A stretch of DNA of 64,000 nucleotides from an uncultured Bacteroidales bacterium (GTDB lineage: Bacteria; Bacteroidota; Bacteroidia; Bacteroidales; UBA932). Shown here in pieces: positions 51,026 through 59,005 of this stretch. The notes beneath the pieces were generated by a model that saw only the letters and a list, made by a program, of their open reading frames with translations, searched no databases and was not told where the DNA came from. The number at the start of each line of letters is the position of its first letter. Within the stretch, counting starts at the first letter, position 1. The stretch lies in assembly GCA_900318445.1 (NCBI GenBank), contig ONKO01000005.1, positions 31,631 to 95,630 of the forward strand, in the 5' to 3' direction. Both the position numbers and the translations under genes were made by a program.

Positions 51026-51526
51026 CTACTTCGCGGCCTCGGCCAGGATGTTCTCCAGTTCGTCGCGGTCCATGTTGCCTTCGAGGCTCATGAAGGTGAA
51101 GTCTTCGGCGTCACGGGAGATGAGGATGAGGGAGGAGACCTTTTTACCGTCCCCGGCGGTGAAAAGGCGGGTGGTTTCACCGTCCTCCTTGGCCTCGAAC
51201 AGGAGTTCGAACTTCTTTCCGTCCAGAAGCTTTTTCACATCGGCCTGCAGCTGGACGGCAGCACTCGAATTCTCTTCCACTTCCAGCAGATAAAACCCGG
51301 AGAGCGTGTTGATAATGGGCGTGAGGTTCACTTTCTCGCCCTGGCTGTTCTCCATGTCAACATCGGGGAGTTTACCAATCATGCGGAACATGGCGGGGGA
51401 CACGTAGACGGCGCTGACGCCATTGAGGTCTGAATACTTGTTATAGAGTTCCTTCGCGCTCTGGGCAAAGGCGGAGACTGCAAGGAAAAGGGCAGTCATA
51501 AGGGTGAGTATCTTTTTCATTTCCAA
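51026..51526 (-). CDS. DUF4252 protein
   Basis: Signal peptide, LYNKYSDLNGVSAVYVSPAMF. Confidence 0.75.
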   Translation of the reverse strand: MEMKKILTLMTALFLAVSAFAQSAKELYNKYSDLNGVSAVYVSPAMFRMIGKLPDVDMENSQGEKVNLTPIINTLSGFYLLEVEENSSAAVQLQADVKKLLDGKKFELLFEAKEDGETTRLFTAGDGKKVSSLILISRDAEDFTFMSLEGNMDRDELENILAEAAK

Positions 51527-51858
51527 TAAGCTATTTTGTTGTCAATTTCGGTTTCCTGCTTTTCCAGGATAACGGCGCCTTGCGAAACGGCTTCTCCCAT
51601 GCGGCCGAAAGCCTCTTCGATGGCGGCATAGGCCAGGTACGGGTCCGAGAACGTGTCCTTGGGCTCGGGAGTGCGCAGGGTAGCGGCAAGGCCGATGCCA
51701 GCAACTACGGCTACAGAGGCGGCGATGCTCCAGACGGCGGCGTTGTGCCGGCGGGGCAGCCTTACGTGGAGGTCTTCCGGAACGGGGATGGATTCATCGG
51801 CCCCGATTCTCTCCCAGTCCTCTGCCGAGAGTTTTTCTATGTCCTCAATGCGTTTCAT
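51517..51858 (-). CDS. putative anti-sigma-like single-TM protein
   Basis: WSIAASVAV TM, DTFSDPYLAYA; directly after an ECF sigma gene. Confidence 0.6.
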   Translation of the reverse strand: MKRIEDIEKLSAEDWERIGADESIPVPEDLHVRLPRRHNAAVWSIAASVAVVAGIGLAATLRTPEPKDTFSDPYLAYAAIEEAFGRMGEAVSQGAVILEKQETEIDNKIAYWK

Positions 51859-52328
51859 AGGCTTTGTTTGAGTTTTTTGCGGGCCAGGCTCACCTGAACC
51901 CTGATATTAAGCGGACTGAGTCCTGTTTTCTGAGCAATCTCTTCGTAAGACAATCCTTCGAATACCCTCAGCTGAAGCAGGTGCTTCTGCGTGGGAGGCA
52001 GCCCCTCAATGGCTTTCCGCACTTCCCGGAGCCTCTCCCGGTTTTCCAGTGCTGTGTCGGGCGGTGCTTCCAGGGCCGCGGCTTCATCGGGTTCCTCCGT
52101 GGGCCGGGCCCGCCGGATGCGGTCGATGCAGAGGTTTTTCAGGAGCATCGTTCCGTAGGCCGATGGGTTCCCGATCATCTCCAGATGGTCCCGGAGGTTC
52201 CACAGTTTGAGGTACAGCTCCTGGACGGCGTCCTTGGCATCGGCCTCGCTCTCCAGCATATAGAAGGCCATGCGGTAGAAGCGCGTCTGAAGGGGCATCC
52301 AAACGGTATGGAATACCTGCTCAGTCAT
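51855..52328 (-). CDS. ECF RNA polymerase sigma factor
   Basis: DAKDAVQELYLKLW, KNLCIDRIR, LSYEEIAQKTG. Confidence 0.92.
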   Translation of the reverse strand: MTEQVFHTVWMPLQTRFYRMAFYMLESEADAKDAVQELYLKLWNLRDHLEMIGNPSAYGTMLLKNLCIDRIRRARPTEEPDEAAALEAPPDTALENRERLREVRKAIEGLPPTQKHLLQLRVFEGLSYEEIAQKTGLSPLNIRVQVSLARKKLKQSL

Positions 52329-52821
52329 TGTTCACGGCGGCCATCAGTTTGTCCAGCGTAACGGAGCCGCGCACACAGATGATGGTTCCGTCAGGATCCC
52401 AGAGAATGCAGTCACGGATTTCATCGCCCTTGTCGATCCCGTAAATGCTGAGCTTGTCTCCGTCATCTTTTGCTTCCAGGATGAGTTCCATGCCGGAGAG
52501 GATTTGCTTCGCTTTCTGGACAAAGCGCGCCTTGACGTCGGCCTCGGCATCCTCGAAATCCAGGATGGAGACCCTTTTGATTCTGTTGAAAGCGCGAAGG
52601 ACCGCGCGGTCTTCCTCGTCGAGGTCGCTGTCGGAGAGGGCGATGGTTTTGAGGAGGGCTACTCCCAGGGGGCCCACCGAGATTCCGTCAAAGCCCTCGT
52701 GGTGACGGTACTCATTGATGAGCGTTTGCATCTTGCCTGCCGGGTTTCCCGCCAGGGCCATGGTAACGGCGAACAGTGCCGGTCCCATGAAAAAAGTAAG
52801 AGTGAGTAATAGTTTTTTCAT
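52321..52821 (-). CDS. DUF4252 protein
   Basis: Signal peptide; typical DUF4252-sigma-antisigma-DUF4252 arrangement. Confidence 0.65.
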   Translation of the reverse strand: MKKLLLTLTFFMGPALFAVTMALAGNPAGKMQTLINEYRHHEGFDGISVGPLGVALLKTIALSDSDLDEEDRAVLRAFNRIKRVSILDFEDAEADVKARFVQKAKQILSGMELILEAKDDGDKLSIYGIDKGDEIRDCILWDPDGTIICVRGSVTLDKLMAAVNND

Positions 52822-52847
52822 TGTCAATTCTCAAGCGCTTGCTTTCT

Positions 52848-52874
52848 TAAGACGCAGAACGGAGTTATTTGTTA
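52848..52874 (-). promoter_or_regulatory. candidate ECF-sigma (autoregulatory) promoter
   Basis: Minus strand TAAC-N16-CGTCTTA upstream of the ECF operon, matching generic AAC...CGT ECF spacing. Confidence 0.5.
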
Positions 52875-52884
52875 AAAGAAAAAA

Positions 52885-52975
52885 ACTGAAATCGGACAAA
52901 AATGGCGATTTTGACCGATTTCAGTCTGGCTCGTTCCCAAAATCGGACAAAAAAGGCAAAAATGTCCGATTTTGG
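52885..52975. repeat. double-hairpin (four-arm) repeat
   Basis: AAATCGGAC-N15-G(A/T)CCGATTT twice, just after the esterase stop codon. Confidence 0.75.
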
Positions 52976-52983
52976 CCGACGGC

Positions 52984-53847
52984 TTACTGGTGGCGGCTGA
53001 AATTGCGCGAAGCGAACGGGAAGGAAATGCGCAGGGCGCTGCGCCAGTACTCCCACGTGTGGCCGCCGTTACGCACGCGCAGCTCGCTGTGGATGCCGGC
53101 CGCCTTCATTTTGAGGTGCAGTTCCACCGACAGGCGCATGAGGGCGTCGTCGTCTCCGCAGTCCAGGAACCACGCGACGGTTTTAAGCTGGCCGATGGTC
53201 TCTTCGTCGGCATTGTCCACAAAATCCAGGGCCGAATGTTCCCGCACGGACAGGTCCGTGATGACAAGTTTGCTGCCGGGCTTGTCCGTTCCGCGTACTT
53301 CACGGTGCTTGTTGTCCAGCCAGGCGCTCATGCCATAGGCGCTGGAGAACATGTCGGGGTGGCGCTGGGCATACACGATGGAACCGCCGCCGCCCATGGA
53401 CAGGCCCATGATGGCGCGCTGGCCTTTACTGCCGCCGCAACTGAATTTCTTTTCGGCCGCAGGGAGGAGCTCCTGGAAGAAGAAGTCCTCGTAAGGCCAG
53501 TTCTCTACATTGAAATAGCCGTTCTGATAGCCGTGGACGTCATTGTCACCTGCGTTGGGCATGATGATGACGGTCGGAACCAGTTCGCCGCTGGCAATGA
53601 GTTCGTCGGCCACGCTCTTGGCATGGCCGGTGTTTACCCAGTTGGTGTAGTCTCCGTAGAGGCCGTGCAGCAGGTAGATGACGGGGTAGTGCTCCGAGGC
53701 CTTGTAGCCGGCGGGAAGATACACATTGTACTTCTGCTCACATCCCAGCTTCTTGCTGGCGATGGACTCAGTGACAACTTGGGAGGGCTGGGCCGATGCT
53801 GCGAGCGCGAGCGTCAGTGCCAGCAGGGAGAAGACTAGCTTTTTCAT
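52984..53847 (-). CDS. secreted esterase (CE1-like alpha/beta hydrolase)
   Basis: YPVIYLLHG, GLSMGG, DCGDDD, GGHTWEYW. Confidence 0.9.
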   Translation of the reverse strand: MKKLVFSLLALTLALAASAQPSQVVTESIASKKLGCEQKYNVYLPAGYKASEHYPVIYLLHGLYGDYTNWVNTGHAKSVADELIASGELVPTVIIMPNAGDNDVHGYQNGYFNVENWPYEDFFFQELLPAAEKKFSCGGSKGQRAIMGLSMGGGGSIVYAQRHPDMFSSAYGMSAWLDNKHREVRGTDKPGSKLVITDLSVREHSALDFVDNADEETIGQLKTVAWFLDCGDDDALMRLSVELHLKMKAAGIHSELRVRNGGHTWEYWRSALRISFPFASRNFSRHQ

Positions 53848-53849
53848 GG

Positions 53850-54554
53850 TTACGGGTGTACTAGGGTGCCCACCTTTTCTCCGGAGAGGAGTTTGGTGAG
53901 GTTGCCGGTGGCGTTCATATCAAAGACGATGATGGGCATCTTGCCGTCGCTGCACAGGGCGTAGGCAGTCTGGTCCATCACCTTGAGATGCTTGGAAATG
54001 GCCTCGTCGAAGGAGAGCTCGTCGTACTTGGTAGCGGTGGGGTCTTTCTCGGGATCGGCCGTATAGACGCCGTCCACGCGGGTGCCCTTGAGGAGGGCAT
54101 CGGCCCCAATCTCGAGGGCCCTGAGCGCCGCACCGCTGTCGGTGGTGAAGAAGGGGTTGCCGGTGCCGCCGGCGATGAGGGCTACGCCCCCGCGCTCCAT
54201 GACCTTCACGGCGTCGTCCCTCATATAATATTTGGCATGGGGCTCCATGGGGGTGGAGGTGAATACCACGGCGTCTACGCCCTCGGCCTTGATGAACATG
54301 CTAAGGGCCAGGGAATTGATGACGGTAGCCAGCATTCCCATTTTGTCTCCGTCCACACGGTCGAAGCCTTTGCCCACGCCCTGGAGGCCCCGGAATATGT
54401 TGCCGCCGCCGTTGACGATGGCAATCTGAAGGCCGGCCTTGGCTGCAGATGCAATTTCTTTGGCATATTTTTCCAACCATTCGGTTTCCAGGCCCTTACC
54501 GGCCGGACCGCCCAGGCTTTCGCCGCTGAGTTTGAGTAAAACGCGTTTGTACAT
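53850..54554 (-). CDS. pyrH: uridylate kinase
   Basis: LLKLSGE, GGGNIFRG, GTGNPFFTTD, DGVYTADP. Confidence 0.96.
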   Translation of the reverse strand: MYKRVLLKLSGESLGGPAGKGLETEWLEKYAKEIASAAKAGLQIAIVNGGGNIFRGLQGVGKGFDRVDGDKMGMLATVINSLALSMFIKAEGVDAVVFTSTPMEPHAKYYMRDDAVKVMERGGVALIAGGTGNPFFTTDSGAALRALEIGADALLKGTRVDGVYTADPEKDPTATKYDELSFDEAISKHLKVMDQTAYALCSDGKMPIIVFDMNATGNLTKLLSGEKVGTLVHP

Positions 54555-54659
54555 GAATGTCGTGGTTAAATAATTATAACAAAAGTATCGAAATATTGGG
54601 AAACTTCCAAGAAAGATTCCTATATTTGCATAATTGAAACAAACCTGACAACAACAATA

Positions 54660-55421
54660 ATGGCTAATTTTTTAACCTCCTCCATCGGCAAGAAGTTCAT
54701 TCAGAGCGTCAGCGGCGCTTTCCTTATCATCTTCCTGCTTCTTCACGGTACCATCAATTTTTTCTCCGTCATTGATTCCCTTCACGGAAACTTTGGCAAG
54801 GTAGCGGCCGACAACATGCCCTACACCCACGGTGACGGCTGGTTCCAGCTGGGCTGCGACTTTATGTCCTCCCCCGTCATCACCATCATGGTTCCCGTAC
54901 TGGCTCTCGGTTTCCTCATCCACATCGGCTACGGCATCTGGCTCAGCGTCCAGAACTTCCAGCGCCGCGGCGGCGTAAAGCGCTATGAGGTTTCCTCCAA
55001 GGCCAAGAACGACAGCTGGAGCGCTAAGAACATGTTCGTGCTGGGTATAGTCATCCTCGGCTTCGTGTTTTTCCACCTCACCCACTTCTGGGCCAAGATG
55101 CAGCTGCAGGAATTCACCGGCGGAGAGGCAGAGAACCCCTACTTCCTCCTTCTCAAGACCTTCGGCAACGTCTGGGTCCTTGTAGGTTACATCCTGTGGT
55201 TTGTTGCCATCTGGCTGCACCTCAACCACGGTTTCTGGAGCATGTTCCAGACCATTGGCTGGAACAACAAGAAGTGGCTTGTACGCCTTAAGGTAATCAG
55301 CACCATCGTCGCTACCCTCATCATCATCCTGTTCGTTGCGACGGCCGTCAACGCCTACATCGAGGCCAACTACGTAACGGCTTCCGCCCAGTGGACCGAG
55401 GCCATTATTGCAAATATTTAA
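54660..55421 (+). CDS. sdhC: succinate dehydrogenase/fumarate reductase cytochrome b subunit
   Basis: SSIGKKF, conserved heme His residues (LLHG, LIHI, FHLTHFW, LHLNHGFWSMFQTIG). Confidence 0.88.
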   Translation: MANFLTSSIGKKFIQSVSGAFLIIFLLLHGTINFFSVIDSLHGNFGKVAADNMPYTHGDGWFQLGCDFMSSPVITIMVPVLALGFLIHIGYGIWLSVQNFQRRGGVKRYEVSSKAKNDSWSAKNMFVLGIVILGFVFFHLTHFWAKMQLQEFTGGEAENPYFLLLKTFGNVWVLVGYILWFVAIWLHLNHGFWSMFQTIGWNNKKWLVRLKVISTIVATLIIILFVATAVNAYIEANYVTASAQWTEAIIANI

Positions 55422-55467
55422 TAAATTTCTTGCGATTCTCATTTTCATTCTGCATCTTTGTAGCCGT

Positions 55468-55518
55468 ATGAGAAAAAGCAACAATAACTGGTGGCGCGCT
55501 TACAGTCCAAACCTGTAA
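55468..55518 (+). CDS. Trp leader peptide MRKSNNNWWRAYSPNL
   Basis: 16-codon ORF with tandem TGG codons upstream of trpB2. Confidence 0.85.
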   Translation: MRKSNNNWWRAYSPNL

Positions 55519-55582
55519 GTCGCTTCGCCGTAGTTATACATGAATAGAAGGCCTGCTGACTTACAGCAGGCCTTCATTTTTT
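55499..55582 (+). promoter_or_regulatory. tryptophan attenuator (antiterminator/terminator)
   Basis: CTTACAG(55499)/CTGTAAG(55513) 1:2 stem; CTGTAAGTC/GACTTACAG alternative pairing; terminator GAAGGCCTGCTG/CAGCAGGCCTTC + T-run. Confidence 0.85.
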
Positions 55583-55618
55583 ATGCAATTTTTTATAAAC
55601 ATCAAATAACGAACTGAT

Positions 55619-56983
55619 ATGAAACAGAAAAAGTACCTGCTCCCGGAGAGCGAAATTCCCACTCATTTCTTCAACATCCAGGCTGTAATGCCCCACAAGC
55701 CCCTTCCCTTCCTGCACCCGGCCACCCGGCAGCCCCTGAAGCCCGAAGACCTTTACCCCATCTTCTGCAAGGCCTGCGCCGACCAGGAACTGAACCAGAC
55801 CGATGAGTGGATCCCCATCCCCGAGCCCGTCCGCGAGCAGTACGCCGCCTACCGCTGCACTCCGCTGGTGCGTGCCTACGAACTGGAAAAGGCACTCGGC
55901 ACTCCCGCCCATATCTACTTCAAGAACGAGAGCGTTTCGCCTGCCGGCAGCCACAAGCTCAACAGTGCCATCGCCCAGGCCTACTACGCCAAGGAGCAGG
56001 GCATCACCAACCTTACCACCGAGACCGGTGCCGGCCAGTGGGGCGGTGCCCTCAGCTATGCCACCAAGAAGTTCGGCATCGACTGCGCTGTGTACATGGT
56101 AAAAGTGAGCTACGAACAGAAGCCTTTCCGCCGCAGCATCATGCAGACCTTCGGTGCCGCCGTCACTCCCTCCCCGTCCATGAGTACCCGTGCCGGTAAA
56201 GACATTCTCACCGTCAACCCCAACGACCGTGGTTCCCTGGGCTGCGCCATCTCCGAGGCCATCGAACTGGCCATGAACACCCCCAACTGCAAGTACGCGC
56301 TGGGCTCTGTCCTTAACCACGTGTGTCTGCACCAGACGGTCATCGGCCTGGAAGCCGAGAAGCAGATGGCCCTCACCGGCGAGTACCCCGACATTGTGAT
56401 TGCCTGCTTCGGCGGCGGCTCCAACTTCTGCGGCCTGGCCCTGCCGTTCATGCGCCACAAGATCTCCGGCGAGAAGAACACCCGCTTCATTGCCGCTGAG
56501 CCCAGCTCCTGCCCCAAACTCACCAAGGGCAAGTTCGAGTACGACTTTGGTGACGAGGCCGGCATGACCCCGCTGCTCCCCATGTTCACACTGGGCCACA
56601 GCTTCAAACCCGCCTCCATCCACGCCGGCGGCCTGCGTTACCACGGTGCAGGCGTTATCCTCTCCCAGCTCATGAAGGACGGCTACATGGAGGCCGTGGA
56701 CATTGACCAGCTGGATTCCTTCAAGGCCGGTGTGCTCTTTGCCCAGACCGAAGGCATCATCCCCGCTCCGGAAAGCTGCCACGCCATTGCCGCCACCATT
56801 AACGAAGCCCTTAAGTGCAAGGAGTCCGGCGAGCAGAAGACCATCCTTTTCAACCTCTCCGGTCACGGCTTCGTGGACATGGCCGCCTACGACAGCTACT
56901 TCTCCGGCGAAATGCAGAACTACACCGTTACCGAGGAAGAACTGGCCAAGTTCATCGCCAGCGCCGATGCCCTGAACAAATAG
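55619..56983 (+). CDS. trpB: TrpB2-type tryptophan synthase beta-like enzyme
   Basis: GSHKLNSA, TETGAGQWG, CFGGGSN, IHAGGLRYHG, NLSGHG; 454 aa. Confidence 0.93.
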   Translation: MKQKKYLLPESEIPTHFFNIQAVMPHKPLPFLHPATRQPLKPEDLYPIFCKACADQELNQTDEWIPIPEPVREQYAAYRCTPLVRAYELEKALGTPAHIYFKNESVSPAGSHKLNSAIAQAYYAKEQGITNLTTETGAGQWGGALSYATKKFGIDCAVYMVKVSYEQKPFRRSIMQTFGAAVTPSPSMSTRAGKDILTVNPNDRGSLGCAISEAIELAMNTPNCKYALGSVLNHVCLHQTVIGLEAEKQMALTGEYPDIVIACFGGGSNFCGLALPFMRHKISGEKNTRFIAAEPSSCPKLTKGKFEYDFGDEAGMTPLLPMFTLGHSFKPASIHAGGLRYHGAGVILSQLMKDGYMEAVDIDQLDSFKAGVLFAQTEGIIPAPESCHAIAATINEALKCKESGEQKTILFNLSGHGFVDMAAYDSYFSGEMQNYTVTEEELAKFIASADALNK

Positions 56984-57093
56984 CCGTTTTTGTTAACGGC
57001 CTAATTAGTAGTGTATTACGTAATCTCCTCCGGGCGGAAACGACCGGAGGAGATTTTATTATCGGCTGACAATGAGCAGATTAGCAAAAACGG
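56984..57093. repeat. 90-bp element, core type B (56994-57083), with outer inverted repeats
   Basis: CCGTTTTTGt TAAcggccTAATTAGTAgtgtaTTA + core AATCTCCTCCGG-GCGGAAACGA-CCGGAGGAGATT + ttatcggcTGACAATGAgcagaTTA gCAAAAACGG. Confidence 0.88.
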
Positions 57094-57145
57094 CATTCGC
57101 GCACCGATGGCACAGGCCGATGGTGCTGAGACGGGCCGGCGGGCG

Positions 57146-58951
57146 CTAGACCGGCCGGGTCTGGGCGAAGAGCCAGGCGGCGACGGGGGCGGGGAGGCGC
57201 GGGGAAAGCACTTCGCAGACGTGCGCGTTGTAGGCGTTGAGCCAGGCGCGCTCATCGGGCGACAGGAGCGAGACCTCCAGGCAGGAGGTGTCGAAGTGGC
57301 AGAGCGTGAGCGTCTCAAAGCCCAGGAACGAGCCAAATTCGTTGTCCCCCACGGGACGCACCATCACCAGGTTCTCATGGCGGACGCCGTGCATGCCTTC
57401 GCGGTAGAGGCCGGGCTCGTCGGAGACAATCATGCCGGGCTCCAGGGGCTGGGGGTTGAAGTTCTGGCGCACATCCTCAGGGCCTTCGTGCACCGTGAGG
57501 AAGAAGCCCACGCCGTGGCCGGTACCGTGACCAAAGTTGCGCTTGGCCCTCCAGAGCGGTTCGCGGGCCAGTGCGTCTATCTGGCACCCGGCCGTTCCGC
57601 GCGGGAACAGGGCCATGGCCAGTCCGATGTGCCCCTTCAGCACCAGCGTGTAGTCTTCCCGCTCCAGCGGCGTGCAGGGGCCGAGGGGCACCGTACGGGT
57701 GATATCCGTGGTGCCAAACAGGTACTGACCGCCGGAGTCTACCAGATACAGGCCGTGAGGCTCCAGGAGAGCCGACCCCGTATGCGGCGTGATATAGTGC
57801 GGAAGGGCCGCAGAAGGCCCGTAAGCCGATATGGTTTCAAAACTGTCTTCCCGGTAACCGGGCACCTCCGAGCGGAGCCGGCCCAGTTCCAAGGCAGCCT
57901 CCCACTCATTCACGGAGCCGATATGGCGCGAAACCCAGTACAGGAACTGCTCCATGACAAGGCCATCCTCCAGATGCGCTTCCCGCATGCCCTCTACCTC
58001 GACAGGGTTCTTCACGGCCTTCCAGAGCGCAATCGGAGAGGTAACCTCCCGCACTTCCGGCAACAAGTCTCCGTCCTCAACGGCATCCCGGAGCGCGTAA
58101 TTCACCTGCGCCGGGTCCAGGCAGATGCGGTCTACCCCGTCCAGCCGAAGAGTTGCCAGATCGAAGTTGACATCATCGTAATCCTTAATGGTAACGCCAT
58201 CGGCCTCCAGTTCTTCGAAACTGGCGGCGGTCTCCGAATCCGGGTCCTGGAAAACATCCTTGCGCACATACCAGAAAACATCGTCCAGGGTAACGAGAAG
58301 ATACGAGATAACAACGGGAGTGTACTCGATGTCCTCTCCCCGCACGTTGAGAAGCCACGCAATCTCATCCAGAGCCGTAACGAGGATGGCATCGGCCCCC
58401 TCAAGCACCAGCCACTTGCGAAGGCGTCCCAGGCGAGCTTCGCGGCTCTCCCCCACCAGGTCCTCACCCAGCGTGATGACGGGCGAGACAGGGATGGCGG
58501 GGCGGTCGGTCCACAGCGGAGACAGGATATCCGGCACCGGGATAATCCGGGCCGATGGCACCGCTTCCTGCAGCGTATCCACCGCCTCAACGCTCTGGCA
58601 CAGGCCGTCCACGGCGATGACCGGTTCGTCCAGCCCCAGGGAGGCAATCCACTCCGGGATGGGCACCTGCTCAGGCACACGCATCTTGTGGAGCTCGATT
58701 CCGGAGCCCTCCAGCTGCCGCACGGCCTGGATGAAATAGCGGGTATCCGTCCAGAGTCCGGCATGCTCGTGCGTGACAACAATGTCCCCCGCCTCACCGG
58801 TAAAACCGGAGAGCCACTCCACCTGTTTCCACCGGGCGGCGGGGAATTCGCTCCCGTGCGGATCGCTGCCTGTAAGGATGACGATATCCCACCCATTTTC
58901 CCGCATAAGGGCCCTCAGGGACTCTACCCGGCCCGAAAAGATTGATGCCAT
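57146..58951 (-). CDS. Xaa-Pro aminopeptidase (M24)
   Basis: DSGGQY, GTTDITRT, HGTGHGVG, VHEGP, SDEPGLY, GVRHEN. Confidence 0.93.
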   Translation of the reverse strand: MASIFSGRVESLRALMRENGWDIVILTGSDPHGSEFPAARWKQVEWLSGFTGEAGDIVVTHEHAGLWTDTRYFIQAVRQLEGSGIELHKMRVPEQVPIPEWIASLGLDEPVIAVDGLCQSVEAVDTLQEAVPSARIIPVPDILSPLWTDRPAIPVSPVITLGEDLVGESREARLGRLRKWLVLEGADAILVTALDEIAWLLNVRGEDIEYTPVVISYLLVTLDDVFWYVRKDVFQDPDSETAASFEELEADGVTIKDYDDVNFDLATLRLDGVDRICLDPAQVNYALRDAVEDGDLLPEVREVTSPIALWKAVKNPVEVEGMREAHLEDGLVMEQFLYWVSRHIGSVNEWEAALELGRLRSEVPGYREDSFETISAYGPSAALPHYITPHTGSALLEPHGLYLVDSGGQYLFGTTDITRTVPLGPCTPLEREDYTLVLKGHIGLAMALFPRGTAGCQIDALAREPLWRAKRNFGHGTGHGVGFFLTVHEGPEDVRQNFNPQPLEPGMIVSDEPGLYREGMHGVRHENLVMVRPVGDNEFGSFLGFETLTLCHFDTSCLEVSLLSPDERAWLNAYNAHVCEVLSPRLPAPVAAWLFAQTRPV

Positions 58952-58966
58952 AGTACGAAATTTGCA

Positions 58967-58984
58967 CAAATATAAGTATATTTG
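58967..58984. promoter_or_regulatory. back-to-back Bacteroidota -7 promoter boxes
   Basis: CAAATATA-AG-TATATTTG between the divergent pepP and coiled-coil genes. Confidence 0.6.
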
Positions 58985-59005
58985 CCAAAATTAAAACAAC
59001 TTGCT

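Noticed and set aside
15048-57083. 90-bp elements as integron attC sites
   Set aside because: No consistent RYYYAAC/GTTRRRY ends, no integron integrase, and they are dispersed among housekeeping genes rather than in an array.
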